Below are positions 1 to 12,274 of a stretch of 64,000 nt of DNA, piece after piece; the first letter of the stretch is position 1; each line of letters starts with the position of its first letter. This stretch comes from the human T2T-CHM13v2.0 reference genome, Homo sapiens: the NCBI RefSeq assembly GCF_009914755.1, contig NC_060930.1. One strand, 5' to 3'. The notes under the pieces were generated by a model, which was not told where the DNA came from, ran no database searches, and saw only the letters and a program-made list of their open reading frames with translations. The position numbers and the translations under genes are program-made.

Positions 1-216
1 TTGGTAACTGCCCTCAAGCAAGGAGGGGATCAGTTTTAGGGAGGTGCTATTATCATCCTTGCTTCAAAGTTAAGCTGTAAACTAAATTCCTCCCATAATT
101 AGCTTGGCCTACACCCAGAAATGAGCAAAGACAGCCAGCCTGTGATGTTAGAAGCAAGATGGAGTTAGTCATGTTAGATTTCTCTCACTGTCATAATCTT
201 TGCAAGGGAGGTTCCA
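1..216 (-). mobile_element. ERV1 LTR8-like LTR (5' part, cut by window edge), apparently nested in the adjacent LTR
   Basis: Reverse complement starts TGGAACCTCCCTTGCAAAGATTATGACAGTGAGAGAAATCTAACATGACTAACTCCATCTTGCTTCTAAC, resembling the LTR8/LTR8A 5' end. Confidence 0.75.
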
Positions 217-683
217 GGAAGGTCATCCTACCTTTCCCCTCACCCTTCTCATGTGACACAGGTCATAAAGCCTAGGAAGGATTTTCCGACCTTTCCCTGA
301 AGCAGGTCGTAAGACCCTCATTGGGGAGGTGCCATTTCTAGACCAAGAGAAAAGGCACATCCTTATGTCTGAAGACACAGGGACACAGAGAAGAATCTGA
401 ACAAACAGGTCTTGCTAAGTTCCCCCCAGTTTGTTTTCATTAGATCATGCCCCTTTATTCAATGCTGTTTCTCCACAACTATCCATTTCTTCATCAAGCC
501 TAGCATAAAAAATACAGGTTTCACGGTTTCTTTGGGTCTTCATTTCCTTATAAAGTCTCCTGTACCATGTAAAACTTAAATAAGTTTCTCTGCTTTTCTC
601 TTGTTGATTCTGTCCTTTGTTTTATAACCCTCAGACATGAACCTAGTGATGAGTGAGGGGAAGATAATTTATTTTCCTCTACA
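217..683 (+). mobile_element. ERV1 MER31-like LTR (3' part)
   Basis: GAAGACACAGGGACACAGAGAAGAATCTGAACAAACAGG..TTGCTAAGTTCCCCCCAG motif; ends ...CCTCTACA. Confidence 0.7.
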
Positions 684-1545
684 GATGCAAAAGGGAAAAG
701 GGAACAATCCCTAAACGGAAGTTATGATCCAGGGATCAGAGGCTCAAAAGCAAGATTAGGTTTAAATGTAGAAAAATACATTCCTCTTTCATTTTAGATA
801 TCCCAAATGCCCAAATCAACCCAGCTATTTCTCAGAAGTCTGTTTCCCCTCCACCCTCTGCTCCTCTGTGTAGTGAAACTGTCTCGTTTGGGAGTAAAAT
901 GGCCTGGCTTTCCTTACTGAGTATACTCTCAAGACTATTGCCTATTACTTTTTTCCATTCCTTCTTGAGAACTACGCTTTTTAAAACAAGAATTGACTCC
1001 ATTTATCTTTTTCTTTTAGCCTTCTGCTGGGGTATGCCTTCTCTAAAGCAATGAATAAAAAATGCTTTAGCTGAATAAATGGGGCAAGGATCAAGGAGTA
1101 CAAGCTAATATTTCACAATATTATCCTGCCATAAATAAAAGTATGGTTTAAATGACAATGGTGGGGTTAGGAGTTACAGGTCACTGAAACACCACCTTAT
1201 TCATGCTACCAGCCCCTTGGCTTTCCTGATGGCAGCAGGGAAGCAACACATAGGTAGAATTATGAGCCAACATCGTGACTGGAGAGGGATTGAAAATCTT
1301 ATTTGTTGTCTTCCTAGACTATTACAGTTATCTGTTGAAATTAGACTCAATTCTTTGGCGAAAGTACTCATTTTTAAGGTCCATAATAAATTGTAACTAT
1401 GTAGCCTTTGTTGCATGAGTTTAGTATGAGCTGATTGGTGGGCCACAGTGAAAGGCAGAGGGAAATGGATGTTAACTAAGAGGTAGAAGTCCCCTTGAAG
1501 TTCTGACCCTGTCACTAATGAAGTCTTTATTTCCGTATTTAGTAA

Positions 1546-1843
<298 letters not shown>

Positions 1844-1988
1844 AACTGCCTTCTTTATATCTCATTTTAAAAATTTATAACAAAGAAGTGGGTTGATTTT
1901 CAAGACCTAGTTGTGTTAGTTTGAATGAGATGCATACATTTGGCAAGTCTGGGGTCTAAGAAAAGATAAAGATCTGAATGCTGAAAAT

Positions 1989-2070
1989 CTAGAGAATTCA
2001 GGTTACTGGGGGATAACTTAAAGTCACTAGGGAATTCGGGTTACTGGGGGGATAACTTAAGGTCACTAGA
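1989..2070. repeat. 38/39-bp tandem duplication
   Basis: ctagagaattcaggttactgggggataacttaaagtca (1989-2026) followed by ctagggaattcgggttactggggggataacttaaggtca (2027-2065) and a partial ctaga. Confidence 0.9.
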
Positions 2071-3361
2071 ACCCAAATGCAGGGAAGAGTTGGGTGCTCT
2101 TTGGCAAATAAACATTCCTGACTTAGCATTTTTCTTAAACCCGAACGTGCCAGCTGTTTTTTTGTTTTTTTGTTTTTTTGTTTTGTGACCTCAGCCAGGC
2201 TTGCGTGTTTATTCATCACATATTCTAAGCTCATATACAACTGTGACCTGATCCAGCCTTCAAGGAACTCACTCTTGATTTTAGGAATCTTTCCACCACT
2301 TCGATTTCATCTTACTCCTGAAACAGTCAGCCAGAACTGTCTAATTCAGTCTATACTTCTGATACAAAACTCTACCCAGCAACCACTATGGTTTTGTTGC
2401 TTTAGGTACGTGTTAGAAAGCACCCACATCAATTTACAGAAAATCCTTAACTGAATCTCTAGTCCCAGAGGAGTCATATTTTATTATATGGTGCTTTTTA
2501 TTTAAAGAGATCGGTTTAATAGAAATTACTCAGGCATTTGAAGTGATAGCTTTAAAATGTGGGACTGGGGAAAATAAGAACACTTGACCTCTCTCCATAA
2601 AATTGAATTGTTCTTTAGGTTTAAAGTTTTGACAGACAAAGAGAAAGTGAGAGCAAGTGAGGGTGAAAATATATCCTTATTTGGTAATGAGTACCCATTA
2701 AGAGGACAGTATATTACATTTCATCTTCTTACTTCACATTCCTGTTTTAAGGATTTGTGAGCAAAGTGCTGTGAGACCTCTAGAGTTAAGAGGCTGGAGA
2801 TAGGTAGTTTTGATGGTATTTTAAGGAGTGCTCCATAATGTGTAGTGTCTGAGTGCTGAAGCTTAATCAGCTTCAATTAAATCCAAAACATACTGAATAG
2901 CTCCTATGTGTCTGGCATTGAGCTGTGTGCCAAAGTGGTGGAAAGATGTAAGAGCCACTGAGGCTTAGAGATGAAAAGGATCTTGGAGCCACTGGTTTCC
3001 TGCCTGCTGGAGTTTCACCATCAAGGACCCTTTCGTTATTTTCCGTCTCCCATGCATTTTATTAAAATTTTTGGTTTAGTAAACCAAATTCACTAATGGG
3101 ATGTTATTTTCATATCAAAGAGTATAATTCTGCCAATCAAGGCTTCTGATCAGCATAAAATAATTAGGTTTCATACTGAATGCACAAATTCTAGTCAAAA
3201 GCAAAGCCATTTGATGACATGTCTGCTATGCTGCCATTTGCTTTAAGAGAGGTAAAGGTAGCCTGACTTCTGTTCACTCTGTAGTACAGAATACATTGTT
3301 AACAAGTCATAGGTATGTTCTTTTAGGTTTCTAATTACTGTCAGCCTCTCATTTCAGACAG

Positions 3362-3565
3362 GTGATGTGATAAGGTGAAATGATTACTATATTTAGACTC
3401 AAAAGTCCTGAGTTTGAGTCCTCGTTTAACGATCTAGTCCATGAGCTTCAGTTTTCTCACCTGTTAAATGGAAATGATGATTATCCCAATTGCATTTCCA
3501 GGTTGTTTTGAATGATAAATGATATGGTGTATATATCAGCTGTTTGCAAACCAGAAAAAGCTATT
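3362..3565 (+). mobile_element. MIR SINE
   Basis: MIR core-like GAGCTTCAGTTTTCTCACCTGTTAAATGGAAATGATGA and GGTTGTTTTGAATGATAAATGA. Confidence 0.7.
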
Positions 3566-3579
3566 CTATGGTAAACACA

Positions 3580-4299
3580 TGCAGTGGGCTGAATTGTGTC
3601 TCCCAAAATTCATATGTTGAAGTCCTCACCCCCAGGGCCTCAGAATGTGACTGTATTTGGATCTAGGGTCTTCAAGAGATAACTAAGTTAGAATGAGGTC
3701 ATTTGGGTTGATCCTAATCCAACTGACTGATATCCTTATAAGACGATGAAATTTGGATACAGAAATACACAGAAGACAGGGAGAAGATGGCCATCTACAA
3801 GCTAAGGAGAGAGGCCTCAGAAGAAACACACCTGCCACACCTTGAATTTGGACTTCTAGCCATCAGAACTGTGGGAAAATAAATTTCTGTTGTTTAAGCC
3901 AGGAGTCCTCAACCCCCGGGCTGTGGACCTGTACCAGTCGGTGGCATGTTAAGGACTGGGCTCCACAGCAGGAGGTGAGTGGTGGGTGAGTGAGCATTAC
4001 TGCCTGAGCTCCACCTCCCGTCAGATCAGCAGTGGCATTAGATTCTCATAGGAGCACAAACCCTATTGTAAACTGAGCACGCAAGGGATCTAGGTTGTGC
4101 GCTCCTTACGAGAATCTAATGCCTGATAATCTGAGATTGAACAGTTTTATCCCCAAACCATCCCCTCCACCACCCCCGTGGTCTGTGGAAAAATTGTCTT
4201 CCACAAAACTGGTCCCTGGTGCCGAAAAGGTTAGGGACCAGCGGCTCAAGCCACCCAGCCTGTGGTACTTTGTTACGGTAGCCCTGGCAAATGAATACA
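3580..4299 (+). mobile_element. MaLR solo LTR (MLT1B-like), interrupted by MER1B
   Basis: TG..GGGCTGAATTGTGTCTCCCAAAATTCATATGTTGAAGTCC start, ends AATGAATACA; 5-bp TSD acaca/acacg. Confidence 0.9.
3900..4243 (+). mobile_element. MER1B hAT-Charlie non-autonomous DNA transposon
   Basis: TIRs CAGGAGTCCTCAACC / GGTTAGGGACCAGCG, typical internal GATCAGCAGTGGCATTAGATTCTCATAGGAGC; 8-bp TSD gtttaagc/gctcaagc. Confidence 0.9.
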
Positions 4300-4674
4300 A
4301 CACGTTTTAGACTATGATGTTACACATGCAGTGTGTTGAGAGCCAAAGAACCCAAATGATTCGTGGTATCTGCCCTTGAAGAGTTTTTAATCTTTTTGGG
4401 CATGATGAAACATACACATGGAAAATAAAATAGCATATAACCAAGTGCCCAAATCAGTAATAAATACAGTTGACTCCATAAACATTTAGGAACCTTCTAT
4501 CCCATGTTTCCACATTCTATCCCCGTGGCTTTTGCCACTAAATTTCTTCACCCACTATTAGACTGATGTTTTCATCTTTCAGTATCAGACTCAAGCTTTA
4601 ATCTAGAAAGAGGGGGTGGGGGGATAAATGCTATACTTTGGAACCAGTCCGGATATTTTAAGTATGTTTTTAAA

Positions 4675-4820
4675 AAGTATAATCCTCACAACATGAAAGT
4701 TATTAGTTCTATTTTTCAGGTGAGAAGAGTTAAGGTCAAACAGACGAAAGCTAGTTAGTGGAGGGACTGGTATTCCAAGCCCATTCTGGTTAAACTAAAT
4801 CTTGTGTTCTTTCCACTAGA
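4675..4820 (-). mobile_element. MIR fragment
   Basis: AATCCTCACAAC..ATTTTTCAGGTGAGAA..AGCTAGTTAGTGG, reverse MIR pattern. Confidence 0.6.
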
Positions 4821-5539
4821 AAACTGCTTTTTGTCTTAATTATAATTTTGTGACAAGGATGTATAGTCCATTAAGGAATATATACAATAGAAGAAGCATT
4901 TAAGTGGACTTGAGGTTTGTGAATCTGAACTAGTTTCTATCGACTTTCACATCAGCAGCTCCTATTCTGGGGAAAGAGAATGGAGGCTGGGAGTGATCCT
5001 GACAAACCTTGATGTGCAGGCTTGTGGAGAAACTGGATTCACACCCAGGCTCGTGGAGTGTGGGAGAGGCTGGCCTGTCACAATATCAGGACAGCCTCTC
5101 TTAATAACACTGCAGAAGGAATCGAGGGCCCTGTGGTTTGCGGTCAGTGTGCCTCTTGTGCCAACTTTGGCACTACAATGTCTTCAATCACATTATCTTC
5201 CAAACCGGCTCTTCACCCTATGTCCTTATTTCTGCTAATGGTATTCATTTCTCTTATTCATGGACTCTGGGAATCTTGGTGGTATTAAAACCTGTCTCTT
5301 CTTTCCCCCTCGATCTTCCACATTCCATTTCCTTTCAGCAGAATCCCAAGCCTTCACCATTTTTCATTTTTGGTGCTGTTTCAGAGTTGCTGTGAACTTT
5401 ACCTGGGTCCTCTATCACCTTACCCAGCCATTTGTCATTCTGCCTGGTAAAGGGTTGAGCAGATTTATCTATATGAATGATCTTATTTAAGCTATTCTGT
5501 ACACCTTCTGCTACTTAAACAGGCTCTATGCTTCCACAT

Positions 5540-6055
5540 CTGCTCTCTATCTGCCTATGTGACTCAAACTTCAATTGTCCATCTCAGACATCACATCCTC
5601 CATGAAGCCCTCTTGGGTTATTTGAAGTAATCTCTCTTCTGGGCTCTCATAGCATTACTGCTTGTAACTCTTTCAAAAGATGAATTTTGTGCTGTTGTTT
5701 ACTTAATGAGTACAAATTTAGTGATAAATTTGAAAAACTTGTGTCCATGTTTGATAAATATGAAAATCTCATCATTTTCAATATTTCTTAGAATTTCAAA
5801 ATGTACTAAATATTATTAAAAACCAATCATGGCAATTTTAACATTGAGTATTCTTTTTTGAAATATGAATGCTCCTCTCTCAAGACTGGTATACTTTCTC
5901 ACTCTACTCCCTTTTCAAGTGCCCTTATCGAACTTTGCTGATGAAATCATCTTTTCTTAGTTTGTTAGACTTTGGATGGTGGAGACCTGTGCCTGCTACT
6001 TCTCTCATCTCCTGATACCTAATGCATAGTGTTCAGTAAGTATTTATTTGGTGAT
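5540..6055 (+). mobile_element. L2 3'-end fragments
   Basis: CATCACATCCTCCATGAAGCCCTC and ATCTCCTGATACCTAATGCATAGTGTTCAGTAAGTATTTATTTG, resembling L2 3' end. Confidence 0.45.
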
Positions 6056-6667
6056 AACAATATCAAAAACTAGATAATGCTTAGAAGATCCAACACCTTC
6101 CAAAATCTGTTAACCAGGTACTGAAATATGGTCAACCAGATGAGCTGAAATGTCAAGAACTTATAGACACACATGGTTTCATGGTTGTGAAACTAGAAGA
6201 TGTGGCATATTTTACACAATGGAGGGAAGAGCAAAGGTTATGCATGTGCGGAGGCAGAGCCCCTAGGCAGGTTTCCCTCTTTTCCTTCCTGTGCACTGAT
6301 TTTTATTTTGGTGAACTGAAACAGGGGTCTAACAAACTGGTATCTCATTTGTCTTTATAAACAGAACTGCCAGATTGGCTTTGCAATTCAGGGCCCTGTA
6401 GGGTGCCCACCTCCTCAGTTTGGGCAGCAGCATTACATCTGAGTCTTAGAATAAAAATGGAAAGCAATGGCTCAACCCATTGGTTTGTCACCATCCACAT
6501 GAAGGATCTCTATTGGTAAAAAAACAGACTCCCGTGTTCAAGGCCCTGGGGCTGGAATCAAATCCATCATTCATTTATTTCGGTTTTTTAAGGCTAAATA
6601 CATAGGGAAGAAAATGAAATGTGAGAAAGCTGTGCATTTTCAATGTCATCTTGAAAGTGAGTATCTT

Positions 6668-6885
6668 TAGACACATAAAGTAGATGAGTGGTTAACTTGG
6701 GCTGGGAGAGGGAGTGAGGAGTGGTTGTACATGGCACAAGGTTTCTATTTAGTGTGATTGAAATGTTCTATAATTTGATTGATGATTGTACAGTTCTGTA
6801 AATAAACTAAAATGTATTGAATTGTATAATTAAAACATGCAGATTTTATATTTAAAATATACTTTGATAAAAGTGTTTTAAAAAT
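6668..6885 (+). mobile_element. Old L1 (L1MB/L1ME) 3' UTR end
   Basis: AAAGTAGATGAGTGGTT..GAAATGTTCTA..GATTGTACAG..ATTGAATTGTA, ending A-rich. Confidence 0.75.
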
Positions 6886-7352
6886 GAATATCTCCTAGGG
6901 TAGAATGAAATGAATAAGAGAAACAGTGAGGCATCCAGGGGACTTTCTGCACAGTGGGTCTGTCATTAGGCAGGTACGTTGCCACAGCCAGTTCTAATGC
7001 CCACTCATAGGCCAATGCCTAGGACAATTGCTCAGATATCGCCTCTGACAGGCAAGTGTTCCATCAGTAACAGCAGGCATCGGAAGATGATGCCATTCCC
7101 TGCTGTTAGTATGATTATATTGACTTAGGTTTTTAATTTTCTTTCTTGCTGTGTTTTTTTTTTTTCACCTTCTTAGCCTCTAAAGCATGAACATCTGTGT
7201 TTTTCAGCTGCCTTTTCAGAAGGCAATAAAAAGGGTTTGTTCGATTTCTCTCTTCTGGATCTTCTGGATTATCAGCGCTCCTTACTGGCTTAACCAAACA
7301 CAAACATGAAACAACTTGGAAAGGATCACAAAATAAAAGATTGCAGTGTGTC

Positions 7353-7708
7353 TGCTGTGGACTGAACCGTATCCTCCCTCAACCCCCAAATTCATACATT
7401 GAAGCCCTAACCCCCAATGTGATTGTATCTGGAGATAGGGTCTTCAGGAGATAATTAAACTCAAATGAGTTCTTAAGGGTGAGGCCCTAATCCAATAGGA
7501 CTGTGACCTTATAAGGAGAAGAAAAGAGATCATCCCCCTCCCACCACCACTGTGGGAGGACACAGCAAGAAGGCAGAGAGCCCTACGGAACCTAGCGGAC
7601 AGCTATACATTGATCTTGGACTTGCCTACTTCCAGAACTTTGAAATATAAATTGTTGTGTAAGACACCCAGTCTGTGGTATTTTATGATGGCAGCCCAAG
7701 TGAGTACA
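7353..7708 (+). mobile_element. MaLR solo LTR (MLT1A0-like)
   Basis: TGCTGTGGACTGAA..AAATTCATACATTGAAGCCCTAACCCCCAATGTG..GGCAGCCCAAG..TACA; perfect 5-bp TSD gtgtc (7348-7352 / 7709-7713). Confidence 0.9.
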
Positions 7709-8182
7709 GTGTCCTTCCAGAAAAAGAACTATGTCCCTAAGTTGAGGGTATTCACTTCTCCATAATAATAGATGCTCTGAAACATTCATGCCAGTTTGCT
7801 CCTGTTGCAGAAATAAGGACAGGATTGTTTTCTTTTTGTTTTGTAATGCCTCCCCAACTAATTTCCCTTAGGCTCTTCTCATTCATATAATCTCTCAAGC
7901 CAGACTGGGTAGAGTCATCCTTGTCTCTGTATATGTCATCCAAGTTATCTTTTCTCTATACCTCAGTCAGTCACTAGATGTGATTTGATTTTACTTCCTA
8001 TATGATCCTTTTATCTGTTCTCTCATCTCATTTTTTATTCCCCATGCTTTTGTTCATTTCAACATCATCTCTCATATGAGTTATTATAATTACCTCCAAA
8101 ATCTACTTTGGTGATACCTTTGCCTGTCAATAACTTCCGGTTACCTCCAGAAATACAACCTACTTCAATGTCTCTCATGCTC

Positions 8183-8553
8183 TGTATTAGTCCGTTTTCA
8201 CACTGCTATGAAGAACTGCCTGAGACTGAGTAATGTATAAAGAAAAGAGGTTTAATTGACTCACAGTTTTGCTTGGCTGGGGAGACCTCAGGAAACTTAC
8301 AATCATGGTGGAAGGGGCAGCAGGCACGTCTTACATGGCAGCAGGTGAGAGAGAGGGGATGTGTGGGGGAACCACCACTTATAAAACCATCAGATCTCAT
8401 GAGAACTCACTCACTATCACAAGAAAAGCATGGGGGAAACAGCCCCCATGATCCAATCACCTCTCACCCGGTCCCTCCCCTGACATGTGGGGATTACAAT
8501 TCAGATTACAATTCAAGATGAGATTGGGGTGGGGACACAGCCAAATCATATCA
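8183..8553 (-). mobile_element. THE1 (THE1C/D-like) MaLR solo LTR inserted in L2 remnants
   Basis: TGTATTAGTCCGTTTTCACACTGCTATG ... GGGACACAGCCAAATCATATCA, reverse of THE1 LTR. Confidence 0.9.
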
Positions 8554-8762
8554 CATTCCAATCCCTTGCTATGTCTTCAGACCTAATTCTACTCATTGCT
8601 CTTATATTAATCTCCATTACTGCTGTACTTCTTGCAGGATATGAGCATAGCATATGGCTTCATTCCTATGTGTCTTTGACAGGTCTTTTTTCTTCCTGAA
8701 ATGTCTTCACTCCTGTATGTCCTCATCCATTTTTCTGTACAGCTTAAGTGGTATTTATGGCC

Positions 8763-8888
8763 AGGGTGAATTTATATTTTAAACTGGGATACTTTTGAGA
8801 GTAAAAGTAAGCACTTGTTAATTATTACTCCAGAACCACAGATGTAAACTGAAATTATTTTAGGTAAATAGTAACAAATGTTATCCTA
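8763..8888. mobile_element. MER94-like hAT-Blackjack MITE
   Basis: AGGGTGA..AAACTGGGATACTTTTGAGAGTAAAAG..GTTATCCTA with degenerate TIRs. Confidence 0.55.
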
Positions 8889-8999
8889 GTCTCAGCTAAA
8901 ATTTTATACTCTGCCTACTTTAGAAATCTATAACACAATCAGTAACACATCATAACTCCCCTTTTGTTTCGACATGGTCATGGTCATTTGCAAATAGCA

Positions 9000-9942
9000 G
9001 CTGAGAGGCTGACAAGCTGTGCAGAACTCTAGCAGACTTACAGGGCTGAGGAGATTAAAATTAAATTTCTGGGACTTCCAATATAAAGGGACCTGGAAAG
9101 ACCCCAGGTTTTTGTCTGGAGCCTCAAAAAAGTTGCACAATAGAAAGAGAAGTGAAAAGAAAATAGAAGAGCATCTATAACAACTCCAACCCAGATTCAA
9201 ACAGCAAAATACCCCATCAAACGAAAGTGATTTGCTTTAACTTAATTGAATATCTGAAGCAAAATTAAACCCAAATCTCAGAAAATATCATCTGGAGCCT
9301 CAAATTATATCTCCAGTTTGTTTTTATTACAATGCCTTGCATGTAATAAAAAATAATTAGGCACACCAGAGGACTAAATAGATTGAACACAAATAAGGAG
9401 AAATAATAAAAAATAATAAAAGTAATCCCACAAGTCATCCAGATATTGCAGTTATCAGATGTGGACTGATTAACATGTTTAAGAAATTATGTGCTAAAAT
9501 GAAGGATAATAGCAAACAACTGAAAAATATTAAAAAACTGAAATCAAGATCAGAATATAGGGGTTTAATAGCCAATTAGACATAGCTTAACAGACAACTG
9601 GGATTATAGGTCTGTTTCTGTTCCTTTTCTCTGAAAGTAAAAAAAAAAAAATACTAAGACTGGAAAATGATACAAATTTGTAAAAGAAGAAATATATGAA
9701 AAACAGTGAATTGGTCTAATATATATGTAAGTAAAATCTTAGAAGCGGAGAAAGGAAATGGCACCAAAACAATGTTAGAAAAGATGTTTAAGAATTAGCA
9801 AAAACTGATGAAACACATCTAAACACAAATTTAAAAAGCCTTACCAACCCAATGTAGAAAAAACAGAAAACCAAAATAAGGCACACCGTAATACAATACG
9901 CAAAACAAAGGACAAAAAGAAAATCTTAAAAGTATTCAGAGA
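9000..9942 (+). mobile_element. Ancient L1M-type 5' region with decayed ORF1
   Basis: A-rich ORF1-like sequence (ATCCAGATATTGCAGTTATCAGA.., AAAGAAAATCTTAAAAG, KEKILK-like). Confidence 0.6.
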
Positions 9943-11990
9943 GGATTTCTTGTTTCAGCCAAAAATGAGTACCTTGTATCACATTAACACTTTTGCCAAG
10001 CACAGTGAAAAGCTAGATAAATTTTAAAAAAAGAAGGTCAAAGCCATTGGAGTATAACTAATGCAGGAAGGATGTAAGGTGCCACAATTACCAATGGAAG
10101 GGTAGCACATTAAGATGAGCTTCACAGTCACACTGACATTTTCCTCAAGGGCATTTTTCAGATCATGGCGTTGGGGGAATAGTATCTGAGCAGAAGACAA
10201 TAGTATCATTGACTTAAGAAGACAGAGGTTGTAACTTGGGGCTGTCAAAGTTGCTAGGACATGAAGGCCAATATCTAGAGAGGAAAAAACTGTAATAAAA
10301 TGAGGTCAAATGTTGCTATATCTATGTTGCACATGTACAAAATAAAAAAAATCATGCTGAAAGCAGCAAAGATTTGAGCAGTTGTGACTGTTAGGGGGAT
10401 AAATATTGGAGTTTCGAGTCAGCTAAAGCGGACGGACCCTGGTAACTACCTCAGACTTCTGTCTGAGAATTGGGAAATGCCACATCTTAGGAGAAAGGTC
10501 TATACCAAAGGGTAAGGGAAAAACCTATCTATAAACGTAGAACAAACCTATCACAGGATCAGGGTGATGTGCCTATATTCTGTCTGCCACAGAAAAATTT
10601 TCTCTTTTCAGATGAAGGGGTCATTATCCAGAGCCTCAAAATTTTTTATTCATAGGTCTATTACCAAAACTTTTTAAATTGAGGCATACTATATAGTACA
10701 ACCCAGGCCAGGCGTGGTGGTTCACAACTGTAATCCCAGCACTTTGGGAGGCCGAGGCAGGCAGATCATTTGAGCTAAGGAGTTTGAGACCAGCCTGGCC
10801 AACATGGTGAAGTCCCATCTCTACTAAGAATATAAAAATTAGCCAGCGTAGTAGTGTGTGCCTGTAATCCCAGCTACTCGGGAGGCTGAGGCAGGAGAAT
10901 GGCTTGAACCCAGAGGTGGAGGTTGCAGTGAGCCAAGATCACGCCACTGCACTCTAGCCTGGGTGACAGAGCAAGACTCCATCTCAAAAAAAAAAAAAAA
11001 AAGAGAAACTGCCTGTAATGTGATTCAGATACTGAAGTCATCAGAGTCTTCAAAATAATTTTGAATAGTATATTCGAGAAAATAACACGAAAAATGGATC
11101 TTTTCAGCAGAGACATGAAATCTGTAAGAAGGAATCAAATTGAATTTTGGAACTGAAACATACATTATCTGAAATTAACAATTTAGTAGATTGTTTCTAT
11201 TAATTATGCAAAGGAAAACAGGATTAATAAACAGGAAGACAAGTCAATATAAAATGACCATATTGAAGCACTGAGAGGAGATATGGAAAATATCTAAAGA
11301 GTCATATGAAACAAAAATAATATGTAAATAGATACTGACCAAGAATTTTCAAACTTATCAAAAGTGTTCAAGATACTCCATGAATTCCAAGCAAGAGTAT
11401 CGGCACCTAGGAGAAACTACATCTAGGCACTTCATAGTCAAATTGATTCTTTTTAAAAGTCAAAGAGGAAATTTTAAAAATACTGGAGTAAAAAGTTACA
11501 TTAAAGGAAGCAACAGTGATACTGATGAATCCCTTTTCCACAGAAATGAAGTGAGTCTGATCGTTGTAGTATAAAATCTTTGAATTATGGAAAGAGATGA
11601 TGTGCCAACCCATAACTCAATATCCAGGGAAAATATACTTCAAATGTGAAAGCAAAATGAAAACACATTCAGACAAAAGGTGAGAACTTTTCACCATCAC
11701 AAATTCTATATTCTTCATATAGTAGAATATTGATCTGGAGGAAGCACAGAGATGCAGAAAGGAAAGGAGAGCGTAAACATATGAATGATAAAAACAAAAT
11801 TGATTAATCCAAAATAAGGCCAGAAAGGTAAATAATGGAACAGATAATAAATAAAAACAAATGGCAAAAAGGTAGATTTAACCAAATGTATTAGTAATGA
11901 AATATGAATGGATTAAATTCTCCAATGATAAGACAAAGATTGAGAGATTAGAATAAAACAATAAAAACTGGACATGCTGTTTACAAGGAA
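9943..11990 (+). mobile_element. Second ancient L1M-type element: 5'UTR, decayed ORF1 and start of ORF2; interrupted by Alu
   Basis: ORF track 11380-11574 gives TTSRHFIVKL (ORF1-like); ~11890-11990 AATATGAATGGATTAAATTCTCCAAT..AAGACAAAGATT..TGCTGTTTACAAG resembles the ORF2 endonuclease N-terminus (NVNGLNSP..CCLQE). Confidence 0.7.
10706..11002 (+). mobile_element. Alu (AluSx/Sz-like)
   Basis: GGCCAGGCGTGGTGG start, full dimer, A17 tail. Confidence 0.95.
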
Positions 11991-12274
11991 AAAATTTCCC
12001 TCTGTTTATTAAGGCCAATGAAAACTAATTTTAGACTGATTTTATTTTTAAAAGTTTTGATGCTGTCTGAAAAAAATTAATCATTCAATATATTTAAATA
12101 TCTGACAATGTTGCAAATATCCAGTTCTTACATATTTTTACTCTAGTCAATCTTACATATGGCTAAAGTAAAATCTGTTTAAATCAGGGATTCTTAATAT
12201 GTTGTTAAAACTAATTAACAGATGTATATAACTATTTCATCTTATAGCTGTATTCTGGTTTCTCAGTAAATAGA

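Noticed and set aside
1989-2070. CRISPR-like repeat
   Set aside because: Only two adjacent copies with no spacers, in a primate genome
4705-4726. ttttcAG|GTGAG recursive-site-like motif
   Set aside because: Derived from the reverse MIR core (ATTTTACAGATGAG) and has a short pyrimidine tract
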